Below, piece by piece: positions 45,338-55,958 of a stretch of 64,000 nucleotides of DNA. The DNA is taken from positions 96,001 through 160,000 of the forward strand of contig MTMD02000002.1 of the NCBI GenBank assembly GCA_002010065.2. Direction: 5' to 3'. The translations under genes were made by a program, and so were the position numbers. How positions within the stretch are numbered: position 1 is the first letter of the stretch; each line of letters starts with the position of its first letter. Source of the DNA: Candidatus Pyrohabitans jungbluthii (GTDB taxonomy: Archaea; Hydrothermarchaeota; Hydrothermarchaeia; Hydrothermarchaeales; BMS3B). The notes under the pieces are model-generated. The model saw nothing but the letters and a program-made list of their open reading frames with translations. It made no database searches and was not told the origin of the DNA.

Positions 45338-46558
45338 ATGCACAGCAAAGAGGCTGTTGCCCACCTTCTCTACTTTATTAAAGAAAAAGACGATGAGATT
45401 AAGAACACCTGGCACGCGATAACACAACTGCTCAAAGAAGGGCGGGAGGAGAGGATTTTTGAGGAGTACAACCAGCTAACTTTGGTGAGAGCCTTTCATG
45501 CCCCGAGGGCGAAAGCCTCTCTCTACATCCGTGGGGATGTGGTTGTGCTCCAGATCCTCATATTATCCCCTGAGGAGGACATAAGTTTATCAAAAAGGCT
45601 GAAAGACGCCGCTTTGGAGGAGATGTCCCTATTTCTCGGCGAGACTGTCATATTTATCTCAGAGGATAAGGAAAAGATAAAGAGGCTATATGGGGGCATT
45701 ACTTGGAGGAAATGTGAACTCTTGCAGGGAGAGCTTTACCTTCTGGAAAGAGAGAAGGACAGGGAGAGCTACCTTCTATTATCTCCTCTGCCGGAGCAGG
45801 ACTTCTTCATTAAATTTGTTTATATTGACCTGCTGAGCAGAAAGATTTCCAGGGAGGCAGAGCTTTTTCTTGAGCAACGGCAGGCAATAAGGCTGAAGAG
45901 GAAGGAGTTTGAAAAAGAGGCTTCACAGCTCCTGGGTGAGAAGTGCTGCGACTTGGAGGCTTTTGAGAAGGTTGTTGAAAAGCTGAGCTTCATCTACATT
46001 GAGCTTGCCCAGTACCTGGAGTGGGTGAGCTCAACAATAACAACACTGAGAGAGGATATACACGAGCTTGAGGAGGAGATTAAGGGCTTGATAACAGGCG
46101 AAGATGAGATTTTTTCAGAGAGACTAAATAGCTACGCCTATGCTCTTGATGTTTTAATGTACGAGAGGGAGAATTTCATCCTAGCTCAGGAAAAGGTGAA
46201 GAACGCCATAGATGTGATTAGAATGAAGATTTCAATTGAAAGGGGCAGAGAGACAATAGAACTTCAGCATGAGAGCATCTCCCTCCAGGTGGCCGCGGGC
46301 TTTATTGAGTTTATTGTTGTGTTCTATTACACCCTCAACTCATGGAAGATTCTCGCAGGAAAAGTCTTCTCTACCCTTTCACCGGGGGTTATTCTGATAA
46401 CTTTGACTGCCTTCTCCTCTTCGGTGGTGCTCTTCACCCATGCGGTTGCCACCGCGCGAAAGGAGAAAAAGAGGTTTACCGCTGAGATGGCAGCCTCGCT
46501 GGGGTTAATTCTCCTCTTCACCTCGCTGATGTTCCTCCTCACCCTCAAAAGCCTTTGA
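45338..46558 (+). CDS. Hypothetical protein: soluble N-domain, long coiled coil, 2-3 C-terminal TM helices
   Basis: 406-aa ORF; helical middle region; hydrophobic C-terminus (SLQVAAGFIEFIVVFYY...). Confidence 0.7.
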   Translation: MHSKEAVAHLLYFIKEKDDEIKNTWHAITQLLKEGREERIFEEYNQLTLVRAFHAPRAKASLYIRGDVVVLQILILSPEEDISLSKRLKDAALEEMSLFLGETVIFISEDKEKIKRLYGGITWRKCELLQGELYLLEREKDRESYLLLSPLPEQDFFIKFVYIDLLSRKISREAELFLEQRQAIRLKRKEFEKEASQLLGEKCCDLEAFEKVVEKLSFIYIELAQYLEWVSSTITTLREDIHELEEEIKGLITGEDEIFSERLNSYAYALDVLMYERENFILAQEKVKNAIDVIRMKISIERGRETIELQHESISLQVAAGFIEFIVVFYYTLNSWKILAGKVFSTLSPGVILITLTAFSSSVVLFTHAVATARKEKKRFTAEMAASLGLILLFTSLMFLLTLKSL

Positions 46559-46745
46559 GCAACTTCAGCGTCTTGAGCCTCTCCCTGAGAAGCTGCTCAT
46601 GCCTCTCCTCATCCTTGACCAGCTGCTCAAAGAAAACCTTGGTCTCGGGGTCTTTTGCCTCCTGCGCTGCCCTCCTGTAGCGCTCCTGGGAGGTCTTCTC
46701 GCTCTCTATCGCCTCTTCCACTATACGCAGAAGCTCGTCGCTCAC
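46545..46745 (-). CDS. Small ferritin/rubrerythrin-like helical-hairpin protein
   Basis: EAIESEKTSQERY...FEQLVKDEERHEQLL (ExxH); GTG start 46745 after GGTGGT. Confidence 0.8.
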   Translation of the reverse strand: MSDELLRIVEEAIESEKTSQERYRRAAQEAKDPETKVFFEQLVKDEERHEQLLRERLKTLKLLKGF

Positions 46746-46800
46746 GTTACCACCAGGAAACCTTTTCAGAGAAGGCATTGGCTAACATCTTGAAGTGGTC

Positions 46801-47514
46801 TTAAATCTTCACCGTCTCTAAGTCTCCAGGCACGAGTATGCTGTCAAAAATCTCCCTGGCTTTTTCAACTTCCTCTTCGCTGAGCCCGCGGTACAGGTGC
46901 ACCAGCGCCAAAAGCTTAACCTTCGCTTTCTTTGCAAGCTGCGCCGCAAGCACAGGCGAAGAATGCGTGGCAGCACCTCCTCCGTAAGCCTCAGCCACCA
47001 GAAGGTCTGAGCCGGAGGCAAGCTTAGCCAACTCTTCGGTGGGTGCTCCGTCGCCCACGTAGGTTAGCTTCTTCCTCCTCTTAACTGAAATTGCAAGCGC
47101 TGACAGCGAATGCTGTGTTGGTGCAAACTCAAGCTCATAGCCATGCAGCTTAACCTTCTCCCCTGCCTCAACAAAGTTAACCTCATACGGAAGCTCCTCC
47201 AAGCTCTTGCGGTAGGAGAGGTAGAGAAGCTCCTGGGTAACTCTGCTAAGCCCCTCTGGACCGAGAAGGGTTAGAGGCTCCTCTCTGCCATCTTCTCGCG
47301 CTGCAAGAAGAAGCGCTGGCAAGCCCAAAAAGTGGTCGCCGTGGAAATGGCTGATAAACACCAGCTTGATCTTCGCCAGATCCGCGCCAAGCTTTCTGAG
47401 CTGGAGCAGAGCGTGGGGTCCGCAATCCAGGAGAAGCTCGCGGTTTACGAGCAGCGCTGTGTTAGCGCTCGCCCCGAAAGCCTCACCCACGCCGAGAAAA
47501 GCGACCTCCATCAT
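46801..47514 (-). CDS. Metallo-beta-lactamase fold hydrolase, RNase Z-like
   Basis: FLGVGEAF, LLDCG, SHFHGDHFLG, YVGD, THSS, LVHL. Confidence 0.85.
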   Translation of the reverse strand: MMEVAFLGVGEAFGASANTALLVNRELLLDCGPHALLQLRKLGADLAKIKLVFISHFHGDHFLGLPALLLAAREDGREEPLTLLGPEGLSRVTQELLYLSYRKSLEELPYEVNFVEAGEKVKLHGYELEFAPTQHSLSALAISVKRRKKLTYVGDGAPTEELAKLASGSDLLVAEAYGGGAATHSSPVLAAQLAKKAKVKLLALVHLYRGLSEEEVEKAREIFDSILVPGDLETVKI

Positions 47515-47855
47515 TACACCCACACGCTGTCCTCGCCGTGGTAGTTGAGCTTGAGCACAAGCAGCTCAAAAGCTTCGTCGCTTGCCCTGTTGTCCACAGA
47601 ATGTATATCTCCAGGACGGCACACATAAGCTTCTCCCTGCTTAGCTTCGTAAACCTCCTCACCTATTCTCAGCTTTGCCTTTCCACGGAGGATGTAGTAA
47701 AACTCCGTCTGTCGCTTGTGGTAATGCTCCCCCACCGCCTTTCCTGCTGGCACCTGCACAACCTGCACAAGGATGCCTTCTCCAAGCTCTCCCTGAGTGA
47801 GAATGCGCTTTCTGTAATTTCCCCTGTCAATCCAGCCTCTACGCTCGAGTTTCAT
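47514..47855 (-). CDS. Cupin-domain protein
   Basis: EHYHKRQTEFYYILRG...PGDIHSVDN. Confidence 0.85.
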   Translation of the reverse strand: MKLERRGWIDRGNYRKRILTQGELGEGILVQVVQVPAGKAVGEHYHKRQTEFYYILRGKAKLRIGEEVYEAKQGEAYVCRPGDIHSVDNRASDEAFELLVLKLNYHGEDSVWV

Positions 47856-48910
47856 CTCCCCGATGTTTCTTTGGCTTTTTGTTTAAGTGCATGCTTTATC
47901 GGAGGCGTCATCGTTACTGGCTTCTCTTTTATAAGCCCGTCGGGCTTATAGTATAGGATGAGCAGCATGAGCACCCCAAAGAGAATGTATTCAAGCCACG
48001 TTGCCTCGAAGGGAAGGTGCAGCGTAGACTTTATTTCAAACTTGTAAACAATAAGTAGCACCTTTACAATGACAAAAGAAAACACACCAAGGACAACGCC
48101 TCTGTTATTTCCCATGCCCCCCAGCAGCAGCATGAGGAATGGGAAGAATGTCCAATCAACCCTAAAGAATGTGGAGGCTATGACGTTAACGCTGTAAAGG
48201 GAGTAAAAGGCTCCTGCTATGGCTGCAATAGCAGAGCCCAATGCTACAGTTTTTATCCTCAGCACAAGTATGTTCTTTCCAAAAGCCTTAACCACATCTT
48301 CGTTCTCCCTCATAGCCTTTAAAAGCCTGCCGTAAGGCGAGGTGAGGAGCCTCTCCACAAAGAGGTAGACCAGCAGGGCGATACCCACGCCAAGAAGGGC
48401 AAACGCCAAGAACCTCCTCTCCCCAGGCACGAAGGCGAGCACATCCGGAATACTGACGCCGTAGTATCCTCCTATAATGGAAGTGTTGTAGTTTGAGACC
48501 AGGAATAAAACCTCACTTATTGCGAGGAGGGTTATCGCGAGGTAGTCTTGGCGAAGCTTTGCACTGGGAAGAATAAACAGGGCGCCGGTAACAGCGCCCA
48601 TAAGCGCCGCTATCAATAAACACAAAACAAGAATACCCAGCCCAAGCAGGGGATTTTGTGAGATCATCGCATTTACTGTACTCTTGAGAGTTCCGCTTGT
48701 CTCTATAATTCCTCTCCCCTCGATTCCTAATAGTAGGATGAGAATCCTGTTAACCACTCCTCCAACTGCTATGGCACCAATGAGCACAGCTAAAGCGCGA
48801 CCAAAATTTGGTATCCCGGCATAGCCGTACTCTATGTTAAGGCTCAAAGCCACTATTAGATATATGGAAAACCAGAGGATTATGTCTAGGAGGAGGTACT
48901 CCTGCGCCAT
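47852..48910 (-). CDS. livM: Branched-chain amino acid ABC transporter permease (LivM-like)
   Basis: SLNIEYGYAGIPNFG, LRQDYLAITLL, SPYGRLLKAMRENE, LLGGMGN. Confidence 0.88.
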   Translation of the reverse strand: MAQEYLLLDIILWFSIYLIVALSLNIEYGYAGIPNFGRALAVLIGAIAVGGVVNRILILLLGIEGRGIIETSGTLKSTVNAMISQNPLLGLGILVLCLLIAALMGAVTGALFILPSAKLRQDYLAITLLAISEVLFLVSNYNTSIIGGYYGVSIPDVLAFVPGERRFLAFALLGVGIALLVYLFVERLLTSPYGRLLKAMRENEDVVKAFGKNILVLRIKTVALGSAIAAIAGAFYSLYSVNVIASTFFRVDWTFFPFLMLLLGGMGNNRGVVLGVFSFVIVKVLLIVYKFEIKSTLHLPFEATWLEYILFGVLMLLILYYKPDGLIKEKPVTMTPPIKHALKQKAKETSGR

Positions 48911-49809
48911 GTCATTTTCCTCCATATATCCAGCCCTGCGATTCCCTTGGGGCTGACTATTAAGGCGATTATAAGTACTATGAGGGAAACAACCTTGCTA
49001 TATAGCAGTATAGAGGGACCCAGTGGCTTTGAAAGGTAGAAGGTTATTAGTGATTCAGACATCCCTATAATATAACCTCCAATCAAGGCTCCGTATATGC
49101 TTCCCAGCCCTCCAACTATGCTTGCGGCAAAGATTGAAACTATTATTATCGCCCCAGTTGCAGGAACAATCTCTTGCCGGAAGGGAAGCAGACTCCCAGC
49201 TACCGCGGCGAGGGAGCCAGAGAGAAACCAAGAAAAGAGGCGGGTGTATTCCACGTTTACCCCCATTATCTCAGCAAGGGCAGGATTTTCCATGGAGGCG
49301 CGCAGAGCAATTCCAAATTTAGTCTTATAAAGGAGTAGAAACAATGCAAAAAGTATAAGGAGAATGACTGCGCTTGAAACCACGAGTATCGCATCCAAGC
49401 CAGCGAGCTTAAAATCCATTGGCGTAAAAATGAACTTTTTTGTTCCCTTGCTGGTTATCCCTGCCAGAGTGTCTGAATATGCTCCCAACACTCCCAAAAG
49501 AATCAAATCTACAGCGAGGGTTGCTATCATCAGCGTGACTACCATTGCCTCCTTTCTAATCATAGGTTTTAGCACTAGGGTATAGATTGCAATTCCAAGG
49601 CCTCCTCCGAGGATAAAGGATACGGGAAGGGAATAGTACGGGTGGATGTTGAAGAGGAGCCAGAGGGATAGGGAGACGAAAGACCCAAAAATTGCCATGC
49701 TTCCCTGAGCAAAATTGGGTACGCCAGTAGTTATGTAAGTGATGGTTAAACCGATGCTGAGAAGAACCAGGAGGTTGGAGTAAACAATCGCTCCTTCCAA
49801 AACAGCCAT
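48886..49809 (-). CDS. livH: Branched-chain amino acid ABC transporter permease (LivH-like)
   Basis: IGLTITYITTGVPNFAQG, TKFGIALRA, AASIVGGLGSIYGA. Confidence 0.88.
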   Translation of the reverse strand: MAVLEGAIVYSNLLVLLSIGLTITYITTGVPNFAQGSMAIFGSFVSLSLWLLFNIHPYYSLPVSFILGGGLGIAIYTLVLKPMIRKEAMVVTLMIATLAVDLILLGVLGAYSDTLAGITSKGTKKFIFTPMDFKLAGLDAILVVSSAVILLILFALFLLLYKTKFGIALRASMENPALAEIMGVNVEYTRLFSWFLSGSLAAVAGSLLPFRQEIVPATGAIIIVSIFAASIVGGLGSIYGALIGGYIIGMSESLITFYLSKPLGPSILLYSKVVSLIVLIIALIVSPKGIAGLDIWRKMTWRRSTSS

Positions 49810-49897
49810 GGATACCTCATCAACCTTAAAGTTTATATACTTTATCTTAAAACAGAATGATGGAGATTCTAAAAATCTAAAAGAGGAGGTACAGACT

Positions 49898-51214
49898 ATG
49901 AACAGGGGCTGGTTTAAACTTTTTGGTATTTTACTGATTGCGGCGATTCTATTTTCTGGGTGCACCCAGCCAGCGGAGAAAGCTGCTCCGGCACCTGCAG
50001 AAAAACCTCAGGAAACGGCTGCTCCTGCACCGACAGAGGTGAATATTCCCCTGGGGGTGCTTGTTGATCTTTCCGGACCGCTAACAACTTATGGTGAGGA
50101 CATTAAGACTACCGTCACCATCGCCAGCGAGAAGATAAATGAGCACTTTGAAAAGGCTGGCAAGCCATACAGGGTCAAGATATACGTAGAAGACACGAAG
50201 GTGGATCCGAAGATAGCCCTAGACAAGGTCATGGCTCTCCACAGCAAGGGTGTTAAGCTTATCGTGGGTCCAATGGGCAGTGGAGAGGTGAAGAACGTTA
50301 TTGAGTATGTGAGATCCAACAAGATTATCATAGCCTCCCCGTCTTCCACGGCGGACCCCAAGTACATAGGCGTTACCTCCCCAGAGGAAAAGAAGTATGT
50401 CTTCAGGTTCGTGGCTACTGATTCCTTCCAGACAAAAGCCATCGCCAAGCTTGCCCAGGAGCTCGGGGTTAAGGCAGTGGTTATAACCTACATCGGCAAC
50501 GCCTGGGGCAAAGGCTTAGAGGAGTTCGGCCGGGCAGAGTTTGAAAAGCTTGGAATAGAGGTTAGGAGTTCTGTGGAGTATCCTGACCCGCCACCCGCTG
50601 ACTTTACGCCCTATATAGCCACTGTAGAAGAGGCGGTAAACGACCTTCTAAAGAGCTACAGCAAGGATGAGGTTGCAGTGGTGACTTTCGGCTACGAGGA
50701 AGTTGCGACGATGCTGGCACAGGTCAAGAGCGATTCCGTGCTGCTCAGCGTAAAATGGATTGGCTGCGACGGCACTGCTAAGAGCAAGAAGGTTGTGGAG
50801 GATGTACCAGACAAGGCGAGTAAAATCATGCTCTACAGCACCGTCTCAGAGACAAGAGGTGGAAAAGCCTATGAGGAGCTCAGCAAGGTATACGCAGAGC
50901 GTACCGGCGGCAAGACTCCAATCAGCTATGGATTGAATGCCTACGATGCCGCCTGGGTCTTAGCCCTGTCGTTTGCTGAAGTTTACGACAAGCTCGGTAA
51001 GTACGACGCCGATGCTATGGCGGAGACTATCCCTGAGGTCGCTGAGAAGTACAGTAAGGGCGAGTATGGCGTAGAGCCGGTGAGTGGCGAGGTTAAGTTC
51101 GATGAGTACAATGACAGAGTCGGTTCTGAGTACAGAATCTACGCAGTTAAGGAGGGAAGCTGGACTGAAGTTGGAGTATGGAAATTCGCAACCAACTCCA
51201 TCGAGTGGAGCTAG
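49898..51214 (+). CDS. ABC transporter substrate-binding lipoprotein (LivK/LivJ family)
   Basis: Lipobox FSGC, GVLVDLSGPL, IVGPMGS, SPSST, FRFVATD, AYDA. Confidence 0.9.
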   Translation: MNRGWFKLFGILLIAAILFSGCTQPAEKAAPAPAEKPQETAAPAPTEVNIPLGVLVDLSGPLTTYGEDIKTTVTIASEKINEHFEKAGKPYRVKIYVEDTKVDPKIALDKVMALHSKGVKLIVGPMGSGEVKNVIEYVRSNKIIIASPSSTADPKYIGVTSPEEKKYVFRFVATDSFQTKAIAKLAQELGVKAVVITYIGNAWGKGLEEFGRAEFEKLGIEVRSSVEYPDPPPADFTPYIATVEEAVNDLLKSYSKDEVAVVTFGYEEVATMLAQVKSDSVLLSVKWIGCDGTAKSKKVVEDVPDKASKIMLYSTVSETRGGKAYEELSKVYAERTGGKTPISYGLNAYDAAWVLALSFAEVYDKLGKYDADAMAETIPEVAEKYSKGEYGVEPVSGEVKFDEYNDRVGSEYRIYAVKEGSWTEVGVWKFATNSIEWS

Positions 51215-51962
51215 TGCACTGGTTACGCAGAGACTTACAAAAAACTTCGGTGGACTCAGAGCCCTAGATGGGGTGAGCATAGATGTAGCCAAGGGAAGCA
51301 TAACCCTTGTGATCGGACCCAACGGAAGCGGCAAAACTACGCTGATAAACGTGGTTACAGGGTTTCTCAGCGCCGACGATGGTAAAGTAGTCTTTGAGGG
51401 CAGAGACATAACAAACAAACCACCCCACGAGATATTCCAGATGGGGGTTGTCAGGACATTCCAGAACCCCCATCCCCTTAAAAAATTAGCAGTTCTTGAA
51501 AACCTGCTAATAGCAGAACCTGGCTATGGAGAGAGTGTTCTTCAGAGCTTTACCAGAAGATGGGTCGACAAAGAGGAAAGGCTGGTCAAAAAAGCCTTTG
51601 ATATTTTAAATTTTTTGGGGATAGAACACCTCTGGGACGAGCAGGCGATGAATCTCAGTGGTGGTCAGCTTAGACTCCTTGAGATAGGCAGGGCTTTAAT
51701 GTGTGATGCCAAACTGATTATTATGGACGAACCCATTGCTGGAGTTGCCCCTGCCTTGTCCCACAGCATTCTCAAAAAACTTAAAGAGCTTACAAAAAGT
51801 GGTATTTCCTTCCTTATCGTGGAGCACAGGCTGGATATAATCCTAGACTATGTAGACTGGGTCTACGTCATGGCAAACGGAAGAATTGTTGCAGAGGGTA
51901 AAAGTGACGAAATACTTAAAAATCCAAAAGTTATCGAGGTGTATCTGGGTGCTCAGGGCTAA
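51171..51962 (+). CDS. livG: ABC ATPase LivG-like
   Basis: [34 protein letters not shown]; start uncertain (TTG 51171). Confidence 0.88.
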   Translation: MEYGNSQPTPSSGASALVTQRLTKNFGGLRALDGVSIDVAKGSITLVIGPNGSGKTTLINVVTGFLSADDGKVVFEGRDITNKPPHEIFQMGVVRTFQNPHPLKKLAVLENLLIAEPGYGESVLQSFTRRWVDKEERLVKKAFDILNFLGIEHLWDEQAMNLSGGQLRLLEIGRALMCDAKLIIMDEPIAGVAPALSHSILKKLKELTKSGISFLIVEHRLDIILDYVDWVYVMANGRIVAEGKSDEILKNPKVIEVYLGAQG

Positions 51963-52653
51963 GAATCTTTCTGCAGGGTACAAGGAGCTTCACATACTCT
52001 TCGACATAAACGCCAAAGTGGAGAAGGGCAGGATAACAACCATAGCAGGCCCTAACGGCAGTGGCAAGAGCACCTTTTTAAAGTCTCTGTTTGGTTTGGC
52101 CACTATTCATTCGGGGAAGGTAGTTTACAAGGGAAGGGATATAACGCCCACTCCCCCTCATGACAGAACCAAGATGGGCATTGCATACCTGCCTCAGGTT
52201 GAGAATGTTTTCACAAATCTCACCGTTGAAGAGAACCTTAAAATAGCTGGCTACACCTTGGAAAATGGGGAGTATGAGGACAGGAGAGAGCTTGCCCTTA
52301 GTGTCTTTCCAGAACTGGAGAAAAGGCTTAAACAGAAGGCTGGCACTCTTAGCGGGGGGGAGAGGCAGTTTTTAGCCATTGCCACTGCCTTAATAAGGAA
52401 GGCGGAACTTCTAATGCTCGACGAACCCACTGCAATGCTCTCGCCAAAGTTTGCAAACAATATTTTTAACAAAATACTGGATTTAAAAGACAAGCTCGGG
52501 CTCACAATACTCCTTGTTGAGCAGAATATTAAAAAGGCACTGGAAATAAGCGACGACGCCTACATGCTCGCCAGCGGCAGAGTTGTTTTTGAGGGCAAAG
52601 CTGAAGAGTTGCTGGAGCATGAGAAATTTGGGGAGTTTTGCATAGGGGTATGA
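51949..52653 (+). CDS. livF: ABC ATPase LivF-like
   Basis: [27 protein letters not shown]; GTG 51949 after GAGGTG. Confidence 0.88.
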   Translation: MLRAKNLSAGYKELHILFDINAKVEKGRITTIAGPNGSGKSTFLKSLFGLATIHSGKVVYKGRDITPTPPHDRTKMGIAYLPQVENVFTNLTVEENLKIAGYTLENGEYEDRRELALSVFPELEKRLKQKAGTLSGGERQFLAIATALIRKAELLMLDEPTAMLSPKFANNIFNKILDLKDKLGLTILLVEQNIKKALEISDDAYMLASGRVVFEGKAEELLEHEKFGEFCIGV

Positions 52654-53054
52654 TTCTGAGAAACCGCCGCATGGTTAGGGCTTTTGTTACAAAGGACGGC
52701 TCCGAGGTTTACGAGCTGCTTCATCCGAAAAATTCCAGAGTGCGGAGGCTGAGCATCGCAGAGGCAGTGGTCAAGCCAGGAAGCGCAACCAAAGAGCACT
52801 TCCACCGCACTAGTGAAGAGGTGTACTACATCCTCAGCGGGGAGGGAGAGATGTACATCAACGAAGAAAAAGCCTATGTGCAGGCTGGAGATGTGGTGCT
52901 CATTCCAGCAGGAGCGAGGCATTACGTGGTGAACACAGGCAATGAAGAGCTCGTTATACTCTGCGCCTCTTCTCCGCCATACTCGCATGAGGATACGGAG
53001 CTGGTTACGCCCGCCGCCCAATCCTCTTCACCACATAGCTCGGGAGACTCCTGA
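52650..53054 (+). CDS. Cupin-domain protein
   Basis: [34 protein letters not shown]. Confidence 0.88.
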   Translation: MILRNRRMVRAFVTKDGSEVYELLHPKNSRVRRLSIAEAVVKPGSATKEHFHRTSEEVYYILSGEGEMYINEEKAYVQAGDVVLIPAGARHYVVNTGNEELVILCASSPPYSHEDTELVTPAAQSSSPHSSGDS

Positions 53055-54165
53055 GGCTGAACGCGAGGGCACGCCTTAGGATTACCCTCGGCCTTGGCTC
53101 GCCCCCGCCAAGGGCGGAGATGACGCTTAGCAGAACATCGCTGTTCTTAAAGAGGTGGTAGGAAAAGTCCAAGTTGAAGTAGAAGAGCTTCCCCAAGTAG
53201 AGCATTGCCCTGAGGTCTGGCAGAAGCTCGCGGTCGCAGAAGCTCTGATAGGCAAGCAGACTCTTCTCTTTGCCGTTTAGCACTTCGCTAACAAACTGCG
53301 CCGCTTTTATGCCTGAGAGGGCGGCATAGTAAGTGCCCTCACCCGAGAGGGGATCCACGAAGCCGGCAGCATCGCCTGCGAGGGCGGCACGTGGAGCGGC
53401 GACTTTACGCCTTATGCCGCCCATGGGTATGAGGTGCGCCTTCGCCGGTGGGAGCTCTGAAGCCTTGACATATGGAAGCGTTGAGGCGAAGCTTTCCAGG
53501 CGGGAGACTATGCTCTCCCCCAGCCTAGATGCAAGCTCTGCAACGCCTATGGTGGCGCCTTCACGTTTGGGAAAGGCCCAGGTGTAGGAGAAGCTCGCAT
53601 GCCCAAAGTGGATCTCCATGGCATCCAAGCCCAGCCCGGGAATCTCATACTCCGCTGCCACGCCGAGCTCGCGTGAGGGAAACCTCCATCCAAAGAAGTG
53701 CTTTCTCACGACGCTGCTCACGCCATCGCAGCCTATCACAAAGCGTGAGCTAACTTCACCATGCTCCGTCTCAAGAAGGCACTTACCATGTTCCAGCTTT
53801 ATTCCCCTAACCCGCGTGGCGTCCCTAATCTCAGTACCTGCACGCTCGGCTTCCTTCGCTAAGGCGTAGTCGAGGACATCTCGATAAGTAGTGAGGATAT
53901 CACCTCTCGCTACGTCTATCTCCCTTTCTGCGCCGGGTATCTTCACCCTAACCTTCCTGACCTCATGGAACAGCTTTGTCGGGAGCCTCATCCCCTCGCC
54001 GGCTAGAAGCTCCATTGTTTTACGCGTCACAGCGCCGCCGCACAGCTTGTACCTGGGCAGCGCCTCTTTCTCAAGCAGCACAACGCTAAGCCCGCGTTTC
54101 GCCGCTGCATAGGCTGCGCACGAGCCGGCGACGCCAGCACCAACCACAGCCACGTCGTAGAGCAT
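53005..54165 (-). CDS. Geranylgeranyl reductase family flavoprotein
   Basis: VVGAGVAG, PRYKLCGG, GCDGVSS, YTWAFPK, AGDAAGFVDPLSGEG. Confidence 0.88.
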   Translation of the reverse strand: MLYDVAVVGAGVAGSCAAYAAAKRGLSVVLLEKEALPRYKLCGGAVTRKTMELLAGEGMRLPTKLFHEVRKVRVKIPGAEREIDVARGDILTTYRDVLDYALAKEAERAGTEIRDATRVRGIKLEHGKCLLETEHGEVSSRFVIGCDGVSSVVRKHFFGWRFPSRELGVAAEYEIPGLGLDAMEIHFGHASFSYTWAFPKREGATIGVAELASRLGESIVSRLESFASTLPYVKASELPPAKAHLIPMGGIRRKVAAPRAALAGDAAGFVDPLSGEGTYYAALSGIKAAQFVSEVLNGKEKSLLAYQSFCDRELLPDLRAMLYLGKLFYFNLDFSYHLFKNSDVLLSVISALGGGEPRPRVILRRALAFSLRSLPSYVVKRIGRRA

Positions 54166-54202
54166 GGAAAGGCTTAATACTTCCCAGAATAAATTTGCTT
54201 CG

Positions 54203-54604
54203 ATGATTAAGAGGTATACAATAAGAACTAGGAAAGATGTGGAGCTCATCGACATTACCAGAGAAGTCGCTGAGGCGGTTGCCGAGGCTAAAGTGGAGCA
54301 TGGCTTAGCCAGCGTTTACACGAAGCACACCACAACGGCGATATTCATAAACGAGGCTGAAAGCGGGCTTCTTCAAGACTACCTCACGCTCCTCGAGAAG
54401 CTCGTGCCTGCGCACGGGGGTTACGCCCATGATAGAATAGACAGCAACGCCCATGCGCACCTGCGCAGCATGCTTCTCGGAAGCGGCGTAACCCTTCCTG
54501 TGATTGAAGGAAAACCAGCGCTGGGCACATGGCAGCGCATTCTCTTCGCTGAGCTTGATGGACCAAGACAGAGGAGCTTTCTGGTCAGCGTAGTGAAAGC
54601 CTAA
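54203..54604 (+). CDS. yjbQ: YjbQ/UPF0047 family protein
   Basis: HTTTAIFINE, NAHAHLRS, LGTWQRILFAELDGPR. Confidence 0.92.
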   Translation: MIKRYTIRTRKDVELIDITREVAEAVAEAKVEHGLASVYTKHTTTAIFINEAESGLLQDYLTLLEKLVPAHGGYAHDRIDSNAHAHLRSMLLGSGVTLPVIEGKPALGTWQRILFAELDGPRQRSFLVSVVKA

Positions 54605-54652
54605 GCCTCCGAGAAGCTTAAAAAGGCTGAAGAGAATTTATATTCGAGTTGT

Positions 54653-55849
54653 ATGTCAACAAAGGTTATACGTGACCCGATTCACGGAGATATCTTCCTT
54701 ACAGAGCTTGAACTGAGGATTGTAGATACCCCAGAGTTCCAGAGGCTACGCAGGATAAAGCAGCTGGGAATGACCTACTTGGTTTACCCCAGCGCCAACC
54801 ACACGCGCTTTGAGCACTCCCTGGGTGCCCTTCACCTCGCTGGAAGACTTGCTTCAAGGCTCAGGTTAAGCGAGGAGGAGACAACGCTTGTGCGCATAGC
54901 CTCGCTGCTACATGATTTGGGTCACGGGCCGCTTTCGCATACAAGCGAGGAGCTTCTCGCGAGGTACCTCAACGCCTCCCACGAGAGCATAACCGCTGAG
55001 ACAATAAAAAGCTCCACCATCGCGGAGGTGCTCACAGAAGCAGGGATTAACCCGGAACGCATTGTGGAGATAATCTCAGGCGACGCAAGCTACCTAAGCA
55101 GGATTGTGAGCGGGGAGTTTGACATCGACAGGATGGATTACCTCGTGAGGGATGCGCACCACACCGGTGTGGGCTACGGCATTATAGATTTAGACAGGCT
55201 GATAAACACCATAGAAATCAAGGACAACCTGCTTGTGGTTAATGAGCGTGGGTTGCGCGCCGTTGAAGGCTTGCTCGTAGCCAGGTTTCTGATGATACCC
55301 ACAGTTTACCTGCACCACGCCTCGCGCATCGCCGACGCCATGTTTTTGAAGGCAACTGAGGTGGCGATAGAGCAGGGGGAGCTTGAGTTTCAGCGCTTGA
55401 TAAGGATGGACGATTACGAGGTGATGAGCTTCTTCCGCTCTTCTCGCGGCTATGTGCGCGATATTGGTGAGCGCTTTGACCAGCGCAGGCTTTTCAAGAA
55501 GGCTCTGGTGAAGGGCTGGCACGACCTGACGCCCACGCTGCGGGAGCACGTGCTTGCGCTGCGCCATGAGGTGAAGAAGCTCTCGCGCATAGAGAGGGAG
55601 CTTGCCGAGGACGCTGGCATAGACTACGGCTACGTGCTTCTCGACGTGCCACCTGAGCCCAGCTACCGCGAGCTTGACGCGCTGATTGCTGAGGAGGGCG
55701 AGATAAAGCGCATCGAAGAGGTCTCTCCCCTCGTGGGTGTGCTCAAGGTTGCGCAGAAGAGTCACTGGAGCCTGGGGATCTACGCGCCTAAGGAACATCT
55801 CGAAAAGGTTAAGCGAGTGGCAGCGAACCTGGAGAGTTATGTTGATTAA
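54653..55849 (+). CDS. HD-domain phosphohydrolase (dNTPase/SAMHD1-like)
   Basis: IRDPIHG, QRLRRIKQLG, HTRFEHSLG, LHDLGHGPLSH, DIDRMDYLVRD, VYLHH. Confidence 0.92.
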   Translation: MSTKVIRDPIHGDIFLTELELRIVDTPEFQRLRRIKQLGMTYLVYPSANHTRFEHSLGALHLAGRLASRLRLSEEETTLVRIASLLHDLGHGPLSHTSEELLARYLNASHESITAETIKSSTIAEVLTEAGINPERIVEIISGDASYLSRIVSGEFDIDRMDYLVRDAHHTGVGYGIIDLDRLINTIEIKDNLLVVNERGLRAVEGLLVARFLMIPTVYLHHASRIADAMFLKATEVAIEQGELEFQRLIRMDDYEVMSFFRSSRGYVRDIGERFDQRRLFKKALVKGWHDLTPTLREHVLALRHEVKKLSRIERELAEDAGIDYGYVLLDVPPEPSYRELDALIAEEGEIKRIEEVSPLVGVLKVAQKSHWSLGIYAPKEHLEKVKRVAANLESYVD

Positions 55850-55958
55850 TTTCTGAAAAATAACTAAGTTATTTGTGCAAGATTGCAGAAAATCTTGTAT
55901 TCCTTCCCATTTTCTAGACGTAACAAGCCTTTACCTCGTTATGCCTGAGCGATGATGC

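Noticed and set aside
55190-55798. Long antisense ORFs (also 16008-16643, 38843-39433, 35579-36121 and others)
   Set aside because: They lie opposite well-supported genes and are expected from codon bias; no recognisable motifs.
54653-55849. HD protein or HerA as an antiviral defence system
   Set aside because: Both resemble housekeeping archaeal families, and no Sir2, nuclease or other defence partners are adjacent within the window.
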